A stretch of 64,000 nucleotides of DNA from Chthoniobacteraceae bacterium. Its GTDB lineage: Bacteria; Verrucomicrobiota; Verrucomicrobiia; Chthoniobacterales; Chthoniobacteraceae. Shown here in pieces: positions 55,701-62,652 of the stretch. How positions within the stretch are numbered: the stretch's first letter is position 1; every line of letters starts with the position of its first letter. The stretch lies in NCBI GenBank assembly GCA_040081625.1, contig JBEBGD010000012.1, forward strand, positions 1-64,000, given 5' to 3'. The notes beneath the pieces are model-generated. The model saw only the letters and a list, made by a program, of their open reading frames with translations. It made no database searches and had not been told where the DNA came from. A program made the position numbers and the translations under genes.

Positions 55701-58037
55701 TTGCAGCTCGATGGTGCCCGTCGCCGAGAGCCCGTTGTCGTGCGCATTCATCGCGACGCCGAAGTAAAGCGTCGCCGGCATCGCGATGGTCTGGCTGCCA
55801 TACTCGGTCCACGTCACGCCGTCGGCGCTCGTGTAGCTGGTGAAGGTGTCGCCCTTGCGCGCGAGCCGCAGCCAGCCGTTGGGATAGCTGATCATGTGCG
55901 TCCCCGCCGCCGGATAAGTCGCGACCGTGTTGCCGCCCGTGGTGGTGCGGTAGTGATCCTCGTAGCCGCTCGTATTCGCGCCGCGCGCGGCATTCGTCGC
56001 CCAGGCGAAGATGAAGTAGTGGCGCGAGTTCGCGTCGAGGGACTCGCGCGCCATCAGGCCGAACTTCGAGTAGAGCACCACGGGCGTGAACGACGTGGCC
56101 CGCATCGAAATGTCGAAGTCGCCCGTGCGTTGCTGATGCGCGAAGTGGAACTGATCGCTCGCGCCCCAGATGTCCGCGCCGCCGCCGGTCAGCGTCAGCG
56201 TGTTGCCGCCCGGCGTGGTGCTACCCGCGACGCCCGGCCCGCCGATGTCCGCGCCGGTGAACGCGCCGACCGGCGGAATCGCGATCGGCACCGCCTCGGT
56301 GATCGCTTCGTTGATGAGGTCCGCGTCGCTGTTGTCCGCGCGCCATTTGTAAGTCGCGCCATACACGCCGCCCGACGCCATCTTCACGATCACGCGCGTC
56401 TCGAGCCGCTTCTGCACCGACGGATTCGTGTCGTCGGTGCCGATGTTGAAATGCTTCACCGCGATGCTCCCCGTCGGGAAATTCCAGTCGCCCGTCGCGC
56501 CGAAGCCGATCGTGCTGCCCGTCGGCACCGTGACCCAGCGCGACTTGATCGCCTTGTCCGACCAGAACGGCGCATTGATCGCATACGGGATCAGCTTCGT
56601 GCTCGGCGTGAGCGCGGCGAGGTCGCTGAAAAGCCCCGTTGCGCCAAGCGTCGGCGGCAGCGGCGTGCTCGGCGTGCCGCCGGCTTGTAGTTTCAAAATC
56701 TTCCCCACCGTGCTGCTGAGCCGGCAAAGATACAGCTCGCCATCGCTGTCCACGCCCCAGCTCGAAACGTTCGTGTAGTTCGAGCCGCTGTTCGGCCCAG
56801 GGCCGTTCGGCACCGTCGTGAGCAGCGTCTTCGTCGCGGGCGTCGTGCCCTCATTCATCACCCACACTTTGCCGGTGATGTTGTCGGCGAAGAGATACTT
56901 GCCTTGCAACTCCGGGAACGCCGCGCCGCGATACACGTAGCCGCCGATGATCGCGCTGCCTTCGCTGTGCGAGTAGTCGAGCACCGGACGCTTGTTCACG
57001 CCGATGTAGGGCTGCGTAAGATCGCCGTTGAAACCCTCGATCCTGTCCCACTGGAAGTTCAGCCCCGTCTCGCCCGGCTCGATGATATCGACTTCCTCAC
57101 GAGAGCCCCCGCCCACGTCGGAGATGAAGATGCGCCCGCTCGGCGGGTCGTAAGTCATCCGATGCGGACTGCGCAGGCCGAGCGCGAAGAACTCCTCGTT
57201 CACGCCCGACTGCCCGACGAACGGGTTCGAGTTCGGGATGAAATAGTTCTGCGTCGTCACGCCCGTGGGCACACGCACCGGCGCGTGGCTGATGCTCCCG
57301 CCGCGCTTGTCCACATCCACGCGGAAGACGCCGCCGAGCAGCTTGTTGTTGATCATCTGCGCGTTGGGGCCATTCGCATCCTCGCCGTCGGTCCAGTAGA
57401 GGAAGCCGTTCACGGGGTGAAAGAACATGCCGCTCCCGTTGTGCCACGTATTCGTCGCCGCCTGGTCCATGATGATCGTCTCCGAGCCCGCGAGCGCGAC
57501 GCCATTCGCATCCAACTCGAAGCGCGAGATGCGATCGCGCATCGCGTTGATGATGTTGTTCGGCCGCGTCGTCGGATTGCCCACGACCGTGCCGGGCGGC
57601 ACCCATTCGTAGAAGACGAAGACGTAGCGATTCGTCCCCGGCGCGCCGCTGAGATCGAACTGCGGATGGAACACGAGGTTCATCATCCCCGAGTCATCCC
57701 AGCCCTGGCACCGGTCCGAGATGTCGAGCGCGAGCGTCTTCGTCGCCGTCGTGCTCGCCTTGTCGAAGATGTAAGCGCGCCCCTCGCGCTCGAAGACGAA
57801 CATCTTCTCCTGTCCCGGCATCTGGAGGATGCCCATCGGGTTCACGAAAGTGAGATTCGGATACGCATCCACCGCCGTGAACGTGCCGACCACCGGCGGC
57901 GTCGGCGGGAATGCGCCGTCGAAGTAAGCCGCCACCGTCGGCCGCGACGTGAGCCCATACGATTGCGCGCGACCTTCGCCAGCAAAGGTGAGCGCGAGAA
58001 TACAGGCGATGGGGAGAAACGATTTTGCGAAGCGCAC
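52734..58037 (-). CDS. Secreted PQQ-dependent sugar dehydrogenase + diheme cytochrome c + Ig + PA14 + CBM-like + FN3 protein
   Basis: LVFHPQF, WHNGSGMFF, GLRSPHRMTYD, DVGG; FWSDKAIKSRW; CTSCH and CANCH; QMPP; PA14 GLLAEYFN...ADDGVRLWVNG. GTG start inferred from the signal peptide. Confidence 0.9.
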   Translation of the reverse strand: MRFAKSFLPIACILALTFAGEGRAQSYGLTSRPTVAAYFDGAFPPTPPVVGTFTAVDAYPNLTFVNPMGILQMPGQEKMFVFEREGRAYIFDKASTTATKTLALDISDRCQGWDDSGMMNLVFHPQFDLSGAPGTNRYVFVFYEWVPPGTVVGNPTTRPNNIINAMRDRISRFELDANGVALAGSETIIMDQAATNTWHNGSGMFFHPVNGFLYWTDGEDANGPNAQMINNKLLGGVFRVDVDKRGGSISHAPVRVPTGVTTQNYFIPNSNPFVGQSGVNEEFFALGLRSPHRMTYDPPSGRIFISDVGGGSREEVDIIEPGETGLNFQWDRIEGFNGDLTQPYIGVNKRPVLDYSHSEGSAIIGGYVYRGAAFPELQGKYLFADNITGKVWVMNEGTTPATKTLLTTVPNGPGPNSGSNYTNVSSWGVDSDGELYLCRLSSTVGKILKLQAGGTPSTPLPPTLGATGLFSDLAALTPSTKLIPYAINAPFWSDKAIKSRWVTVPTGSTIGFGATGDWNFPTGSIAVKHFNIGTDDTNPSVQKRLETRVIVKMASGGVYGATYKWRADNSDADLINEAITEAVPIAIPPVGAFTGADIGGPGVAGSTTPGGNTLTLTGGGADIWGASDQFHFAHQQRTGDFDISMRATSFTPVVLYSKFGLMARESLDANSRHYFIFAWATNAARGANTSGYEDHYRTTTGGNTVATYPAAGTHMISYPNGWLRLARKGDTFTSYTSADGVTWTEYGSQTIAMPATLYFGVAMNAHDNGLSATGTIELQTTRLQPWYYPSRTDCTSCHNNNAGGGFLGPNTRQFNKDFLYPSSGVTDNQLRTLNHIGMFDTTLNEANIPTYDKLAHVDQTSETLEKRARSYIDTNCANCHRPGGVPALWDARYDTPLPSQNIIYGIVNDALGLNSPRVVVPQETDRSVMHYRINRVGANQMPPIARNLVDDAGAQLIADWINSLTPNTAPVVALTAPANGANFITPNPITLTATASDADGIVRVEFYDGATLLGATTAPFTYTFNNPAVGTHTLFARAFDGVNNSTDSASVTVTVTELLGLVKAKVNFQPGASAVPAGYVADTGATYAARNGLTYGWSRDNTPDSRDREANADQRYDTFNHLQKDHGGGDVTSTWSIALPNSTYSVHVVTGEASFNDGVQAVSANGVVLTTGVPTGQNFYEATANVAVTNGVLTLAPGAGAANAKVCYVDISEVAPGGGNQLPIVNVSGTSPEFAAAGGSLKVLASASDPDGSVARVEFYANGVKFGEDFTAPYSYVRTGMPAGTYSITARAIDNAGSGAMSDPVSVSVFGASQTGLLAEYFNANDFTNFALARLDATLNFNYGNGSPDPSVVVDNFSARWRGRLLARGAGSYTLKFFADDGVRLWVNGVLVIDRWFYNAAAVTATLTLGADSLNDIRVDFNETGGPGLIQFLWSGPGFAEEVVPAANLLTPSAGAPTSALSGTIIGTEGSWENNPATTRAAVFDGDLATFFDSPNGNGDWAGLDLGSGAARTILGVRYCPRAGFANRMPGGVFQGANAADFSDAVTLFTIATAPPDNTMTGQTITNATAFRYVRYLSPNNGFCNVAEVEFLALLEAPPATPAGLVANAGNMQVGLVWNAAAGAANYNIRRGTASGGPFAAIANSATASFTDTAAGNGTTYYYVVTAVNDGGESAASNQSSATPVSPPISEAEMRPPVISMTPTDIVIGVETTVLSHTYQLQYSDTMAPNDWHDLGAPVSGDGQPVDFLIARDAAVPRRFYRILIGQ

Positions 58038-58084
58038 AACTTGGAGACGGAGGCCGACCTTACCCACAGCCGCGCAATCCACTA

Positions 58085-58105
58085 TGGCCCGAATGGACCA
58101 ATGGC
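58085..58105. promoter_or_regulatory. Shared palindromic motif, copy B
   Basis: TGGCCCGAATGGACCAATGGC; its reverse complement is 19/21 identical to copy A. Confidence 0.7.
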
Positions 58106-58212
58106 CGGCCGAAGTGGCTCACGCGGCCCTCCGCGCGAATCGAAACAATGCCTGCGCCGAAAGCGCAACTCGCATCGACTTTGTAAGAACACTCCCGCCG
58201 TCCCGCCCCGCG

Positions 58213-58241
58213 TTGACGCCCCGTGCCGCCGCGTGCATCCT
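58213..58241 (+). promoter_or_regulatory. Putative sigma70 promoter of the TA operon (possibly leaderless mRNA)
   Basis: TTGACG-17 nt-CATCCT, 6 nt before ATG 58248. Confidence 0.45.
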
Positions 58242-58247
58242 GCGTGC

Positions 58248-58478
58248 ATGAGCACTCTCGCCGAAATCGAAGCCGCAACGAATCTACTGCCACGGGTGGA
58301 GAAGCTGCGCTTGATGGAAACCTTGTGGGAAGAGTTGAGCCGGCGGGATGAGGAGGTGGAGTCTCCGGCCTGGCATGGAGACGCGCTGGCAGAGACGGAG
58401 CAGCGCCTGGCGGACGGGCGCGAGGAGGTGCTGGATTGGGATTGTGCGAAGGCGGAATTGCGCGGCGGCCAAGTGTGA
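58248..58478 (+). CDS. Addiction-module antitoxin (76 aa)
   Basis: LPRVEKLRLMETLWEELS...SPAWHGDALAETEQR...DWDCAKAELR is typical of putative addiction-module components; overlaps the toxin start. Confidence 0.85.
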   Translation: MSTLAEIEAATNLLPRVEKLRLMETLWEELSRRDEEVESPAWHGDALAETEQRLADGREEVLDWDCAKAELRGGQV

Positions 58479-58783
58479 AAATCCGCATCGTCAGCGCGGC
58501 GTGTCGCGACTAGTCGGAAGGGCGTGCATCCTATGAGCGGCAGAGTGCCGGAGTGGGCGACTACTTTCTGGATGCGCTGTTTGCCGACATTGATTCGCTC
58601 GCGCTTTACGCGGGCATCCATCGAAAGGTGTTCGGTTTTCATCGGATGCTTTCGAGGCGGTTCCCATGGGCCATTTATTATCGCTGCGAGGCGGAAGACG
58701 TCGCGGTGGTGTATCGGATCTTGGATTGCCGTCAGCACCCCAGCGGGATCCGCCGGGCATTGAGTCGCGCCGACCGGGAGTGA
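58475..58783 (+). pseudogene. RelE/ParE-family toxin with in-frame TAG at codon 13
   Basis: GTG AAA ATC CGC ATC...GAC TAG(58511) TCG GAA GGG... continues in frame to GDYFLDALFADIDSL...RRFPWAIYY...ILDCRQHP. Confidence 0.8.
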
Positions 58784-58816
58784 GCGCGCAAAGGTGGCGT
58801 GAGAAGATAGAGAAAT

Positions 58817-60346
58817 CTACCGCCCCTGCGCGCTCGTCGCGCCGTTGGCGGCCGCGTCGGCATTCCACGTCCAGCCCGGATGCCGGATGTAGGCGAGGCT
58901 TTCCTTCACCGTGAGGCCGGACTGCGCGGCGGCGCTGAACTCGGCGCGGCGCCGCTCCCACGTCGCGCGCTCGGCGTCGGTCGCGTTGTGCTTTGCGGCG
59001 TAAGGCGCGCGGTTGCCGACGAGCATCACGAGGAAACCTTCGACGCCGAAATCATTCTCCGAGCGCGGGAGGCGGTAGCGGCAGAAGCCTGTCGGGCCGT
59101 TCTCGGCGTAGAATTCGAGCAGGCCGGAGATGTTGGAAACATCGGTGTCTTCGCGACACGCGCGCCAGAACGGCGTGTCGAGCGCGGTGTTGAGCCTGTA
59201 GTGCAGCGCGAGGAAGTCGCGGATGTCCACCCAGCCCTGCCACGCGAGGTCGTTGTAGAGCGCGCGCCACGTCGGCGTCGGCGTGAGGTGCGAGCGGTTG
59301 AGCATTTCGCACAGCGCCTGCACGTGGCCGCACACGATCATCAGCGCCGTCGCTTCGAGCGGCTCGACGAATCCGCCCGAGTTCCCGATCGCGACGACGT
59401 TCTCCACCCACAGCCGCCGGTAACAGCCCGAGCGGAACTTCACGACGCGCGGCGATTTCGGCGCGCGCGGATTCTTCCGCAGGAACTCGGCAGCGGCTTC
59501 GTCGTCGGAGATCGCGTTCGAGGAATACACGTAGCCGCGGTTCACGTGGTGCTCGTGCTCGATCTGCCACGCCCAGCCGGAGTCCATCGCCTCGGCGGTC
59601 GTGTAAGGCAGGATCGGTTCGTCGGGCTGGCGATCCCAGCCGCCGATCACCGCGCGATCGCAGAAGAGCGACTTGTCGAAACTCACGAACGGCTCGCCGA
59701 GCGTGCGCCCGAGCAGCTCGCTGCGGAAGCCGCTGCAATCGACGAAGAAGTCCGCCTCGAGCCGGCGCCCGTCTTCGAGATGCACCGCCGCGATGCCGCC
59801 CTCGGGCAGGCGGTCGCTGCCGGTGACCTTGCCATCAATGATCTCCACGCCCTGCTCGCGCGCGATGAGTTCGAGCACATCGACGAACTTCTTGTTCTCG
59901 ATGTGAAACGCGTGCCAGCCCTGGATGTCCGGGCAGCCGTTGGCCTGCCGCGGAAACGCCTTGCCGTGCCACATCAGCGCGCTCGGCACGCTCGCGCAGC
60001 GGAACTCGTCGTCGCAGTAGTAGCCGTTCGGCATCGTGAGATCGCTCCACTGCTTGTCGAGCTGTTGATCGAAAGTGTAATCGAACCGCCCGCGCGCCCC
60101 CCACAGGAACCGGATGCCGAGTTTCCACGTCGGCTCCGCGAGTTCGTAGAAACGCTTCCGGTTGATCCCGAGAAACTCGAACAGGTGCCGCGGAAAATTC
60201 GGCGTTGTCCCTTCGCCCACGCCGATCACGCCCAGCTCCGGGCTGCGCACGACACGGATGTCGAGCTGCGGAATCTTCCGCTTGAGCGAAAGCGCAGCGA
60301 TCAGGCCGGCGCTGCCCGCGCCGAGAATCAGGAGGGACTTGATCAT
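58817..60346 (-). CDS. Flavin-dependent (tryptophan-halogenase family) halogenase
   Basis: GAGSAG, IGVGEGT, TWKLGIRF (catalytic Lys), DCSGF, GWAWQI (WxWxI), FVEPLEA. Confidence 0.93.
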   Translation of the reverse strand: MIKSLLILGAGSAGLIAALSLKRKIPQLDIRVVRSPELGVIGVGEGTTPNFPRHLFEFLGINRKRFYELAEPTWKLGIRFLWGARGRFDYTFDQQLDKQWSDLTMPNGYYCDDEFRCASVPSALMWHGKAFPRQANGCPDIQGWHAFHIENKKFVDVLELIAREQGVEIIDGKVTGSDRLPEGGIAAVHLEDGRRLEADFFVDCSGFRSELLGRTLGEPFVSFDKSLFCDRAVIGGWDRQPDEPILPYTTAEAMDSGWAWQIEHEHHVNRGYVYSSNAISDDEAAAEFLRKNPRAPKSPRVVKFRSGCYRRLWVENVVAIGNSGGFVEPLEATALMIVCGHVQALCEMLNRSHLTPTPTWRALYNDLAWQGWVDIRDFLALHYRLNTALDTPFWRACREDTDVSNISGLLEFYAENGPTGFCRYRLPRSENDFGVEGFLVMLVGNRAPYAAKHNATDAERATWERRRAEFSAAAQSGLTVKESLAYIRHPGWTWNADAAANGATSAQGR

Positions 60347-60376
60347 GCGCAAGAGACGCGCCGACGGGCCTGCGAT

Positions 60377-60397
60377 GGCAATAGCCAATTCAGGCCA
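60377..60397. promoter_or_regulatory. Shared palindromic motif, copy C
   Basis: GGCAATAGCCAATTCAGGCCA, 30 bp upstream of the halogenase ATG. Confidence 0.65.
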
Positions 60398-60406
60398 CGC
60401 ACCGCT

Positions 60407-62437
60407 TTACGTTTCCGTCGCCGGCAGCGGCCACTCGAAGACGATGCGCGTTCCGGCGGTGGAGCTGGCGTCGATGCGGCAGTCGCCGCCGATCTCGGCC
60501 ATGCGCTCGCGCATGTTGCGGAGGCCGTTTGAATCAGCCTCAACTTCGCTTTGCTGAAAACCGCGGCCGTCGTCGCGCACACTCGCGCGCAACACACCGC
60601 CGTTCATCTCGACGTTCAGCCACACGGTGCTCGCGCCGGCGTGCTTTACGACGTTGTTGAGCGCCTCGCGCACGACGAGAAAAAGATGGTGGCGCACGTT
60701 CGAGCCGAGCGGCAGCGGCGGGAGATCGTGCGGGATCTCCACCTTCGCGGCGATGCCGCTGCTGGTGAGAAATCGCACGGCGAATTTGTCGAGATACTCG
60801 ATGAGCGACGCGAGCGTGTCGTGGCGCGGATTCACGGCCCAGACGATCTGGTCGAGCGATTCGATCGTGTCGCGCGCGACGGCGGAGATTTCCTCGGCAT
60901 GGCCGGCCACGGCGCCGGGCGGATCGAGCTTCACGAGCTGGCTGGAGATGCTGATCTGCGTGAGGTTCGCGCCGAGCTGGTCGTGCATGTCGCGCGCGAG
61001 CCGGCTGCGCTCCGCGAGCACGGCCTCGGATGCGCGCCGCTGCGCCGCGCGTTCGCGCCTGCGCTGGGCGTGCAGCCGTCCCAGCGCGCCGAGCATGATG
61101 CCGACGATCGCGCCGGAACCGATGAGCACGTTGCGCGTCGTCCACGGGCTCGGCAGCGCGAGCACCTCCACGTCGCGTCCGGTGCGCAGGCGGATGAAGA
61201 GTTTGTCCGGCACCTGGATGGGCTGGAATTCCCGCGACGCGGTGATCTGCGCGATGCCGGTGACGCGCAGGCGCGAGCCCGGCCGGAGTCTCGGCAGCCC
61301 TTCCACGGTGGCCGCATGGCAGCGGAAGATGGTCGCGCCATCGCGCATTTCGAGGGTCACGCCATCGGTCCCGCGCACCGATTCGAGCAACTCGGCTTCG
61401 ACCGAGACGAGCTCCGCCTCGTAGCGCGCGTCGCACGCCGCCGTCGCCGTCACCGACAGCGGCGCCGGCTCTTCCACCCATCCGACCACACCCGCCTCCC
61501 GCGCCTGCACGAACGGTCGCGTCGCGCCCATGCGCGGCCAGCCATCGACCGTGACTTTCGAGCCCGCGCGCACGTCGTGCAATTGGGTCGTCGCCACCCA
61601 CAGCGCACCGCTCGCGGTGCGGAGAAAAATGCCGCGTCCCGGGAGAGCCATGGTCGCCACACCATGCACGCTCACCAAGTCCGTCGGCTTCGGCCCGTTC
61701 ACTTGCAAGAGCTCGTCCGCGCGCGTGATTCGCGGCGCCTCGCCGGGAGGCGGGCCCGGCTGGAGAGTCGTGATGTCGGCAAGCGATGATACGCGCAGCA
61801 GCCGCCGCGTCATCTGCCGCTCACGATTGAAAGTCGTCGCCACCACGCCGCGCAATCGCACACGACTTCCCACCAGGTGCCACGGCGGCGCCACCGCCTG
61901 CAGCGGCCCGGCGAGGATCGCATGGAACGCGCACGGCTCGGCAAAGCACTCGAGCACCACGGCCTCATCGGCGATGAAGACCGTGCGCACGTGTGCTTCC
62001 ACCGCGACCCACTCGCAGTCCGCTCCGGGATCTTCCAGTTCCGCGCCCGAGACCGCGCGCGGCTCCGGCGGCGCACCTGCGCCGAGCACGGTCATTTCCA
62101 CACTCCGGCCGTCCGGCCCGAGCACGATGTTTGCGAAATGCCCGGAATCGCTCACGCCGGCGACCTCGACGCGCGTGCCCGGCGCCAGCCGCAGCGTCGG
62201 CTCCGTCGCGCCGTAAGCCACGTAAATGCCGCCGGTATCATCGGCGATGAACGTGGCCGTCCGCTCCGGCTCCGAGTAGGTCACGACGCCGCGGAGCCGC
62301 ACGGGCAGATGTTTCGCGGCTTGCTCGATCGGGAGCTGCCGGACGGCGAGCACCGTCGTCAGCACATCGCCTTCCGCCTGCCCCGGCGCCGCACCCGGCA
62401 CCGCGAGCCAGAACGCGGCGAAAACGAGGCGCATCAT
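60407..62437 (-). CDS. NarX/DegS-type (HisKA_3) membrane sensor histidine kinase
   Basis: ERSRLARDMHDQLGANLT H-box, REALNNVVKHA, DDGRGF, NGLRNMRER, GTRI; repeated VRLRGVVT periplasmic modules. Start may be 62497. Confidence 0.92.
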   Translation of the reverse strand: MMRLVFAAFWLAVPGAAPGQAEGDVLTTVLAVRQLPIEQAAKHLPVRLRGVVTYSEPERTATFIADDTGGIYVAYGATEPTLRLAPGTRVEVAGVSDSGHFANIVLGPDGRSVEMTVLGAGAPPEPRAVSGAELEDPGADCEWVAVEAHVRTVFIADEAVVLECFAEPCAFHAILAGPLQAVAPPWHLVGSRVRLRGVVATTFNRERQMTRRLLRVSSLADITTLQPGPPPGEAPRITRADELLQVNGPKPTDLVSVHGVATMALPGRGIFLRTASGALWVATTQLHDVRAGSKVTVDGWPRMGATRPFVQAREAGVVGWVEEPAPLSVTATAACDARYEAELVSVEAELLESVRGTDGVTLEMRDGATIFRCHAATVEGLPRLRPGSRLRVTGIAQITASREFQPIQVPDKLFIRLRTGRDVEVLALPSPWTTRNVLIGSGAIVGIMLGALGRLHAQRRRERAAQRRASEAVLAERSRLARDMHDQLGANLTQISISSQLVKLDPPGAVAGHAEEISAVARDTIESLDQIVWAVNPRHDTLASLIEYLDKFAVRFLTSSGIAAKVEIPHDLPPLPLGSNVRHHLFLVVREALNNVVKHAGASTVWLNVEMNGGVLRASVRDDGRGFQQSEVEADSNGLRNMRERMAEIGGDCRIDASSTAGTRIVFEWPLPATET

Positions 62438-62586
62438 CCTCCGCTGAGCAGTCGCGCGCGTGCTGCGCGGCGAGCGGGAGGATTCGATGGCTTGCATGAC
62501 ACGGGAGCGTGGCGCGCATGGGGCTTGTGTAAAGCTGCGACTCATCTGATCTCGTAACCCGGATGCGCGAGCGGTGCGCCTGCGAT

Positions 62587-62607
62587 GCCAATAGCCCGTT
62601 TGGGCCA
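62587..62607. promoter_or_regulatory. Shared palindromic motif, copy D
   Basis: GCCAATAGCCCGTTTGGGCCA, between the divergent kinase and pectate lyase genes. Confidence 0.7.
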
Positions 62608-62652
62608 TCGGCGCTCCTTTGACGCTCCGGCCCTCGCGCACTCCGCTCCCGC

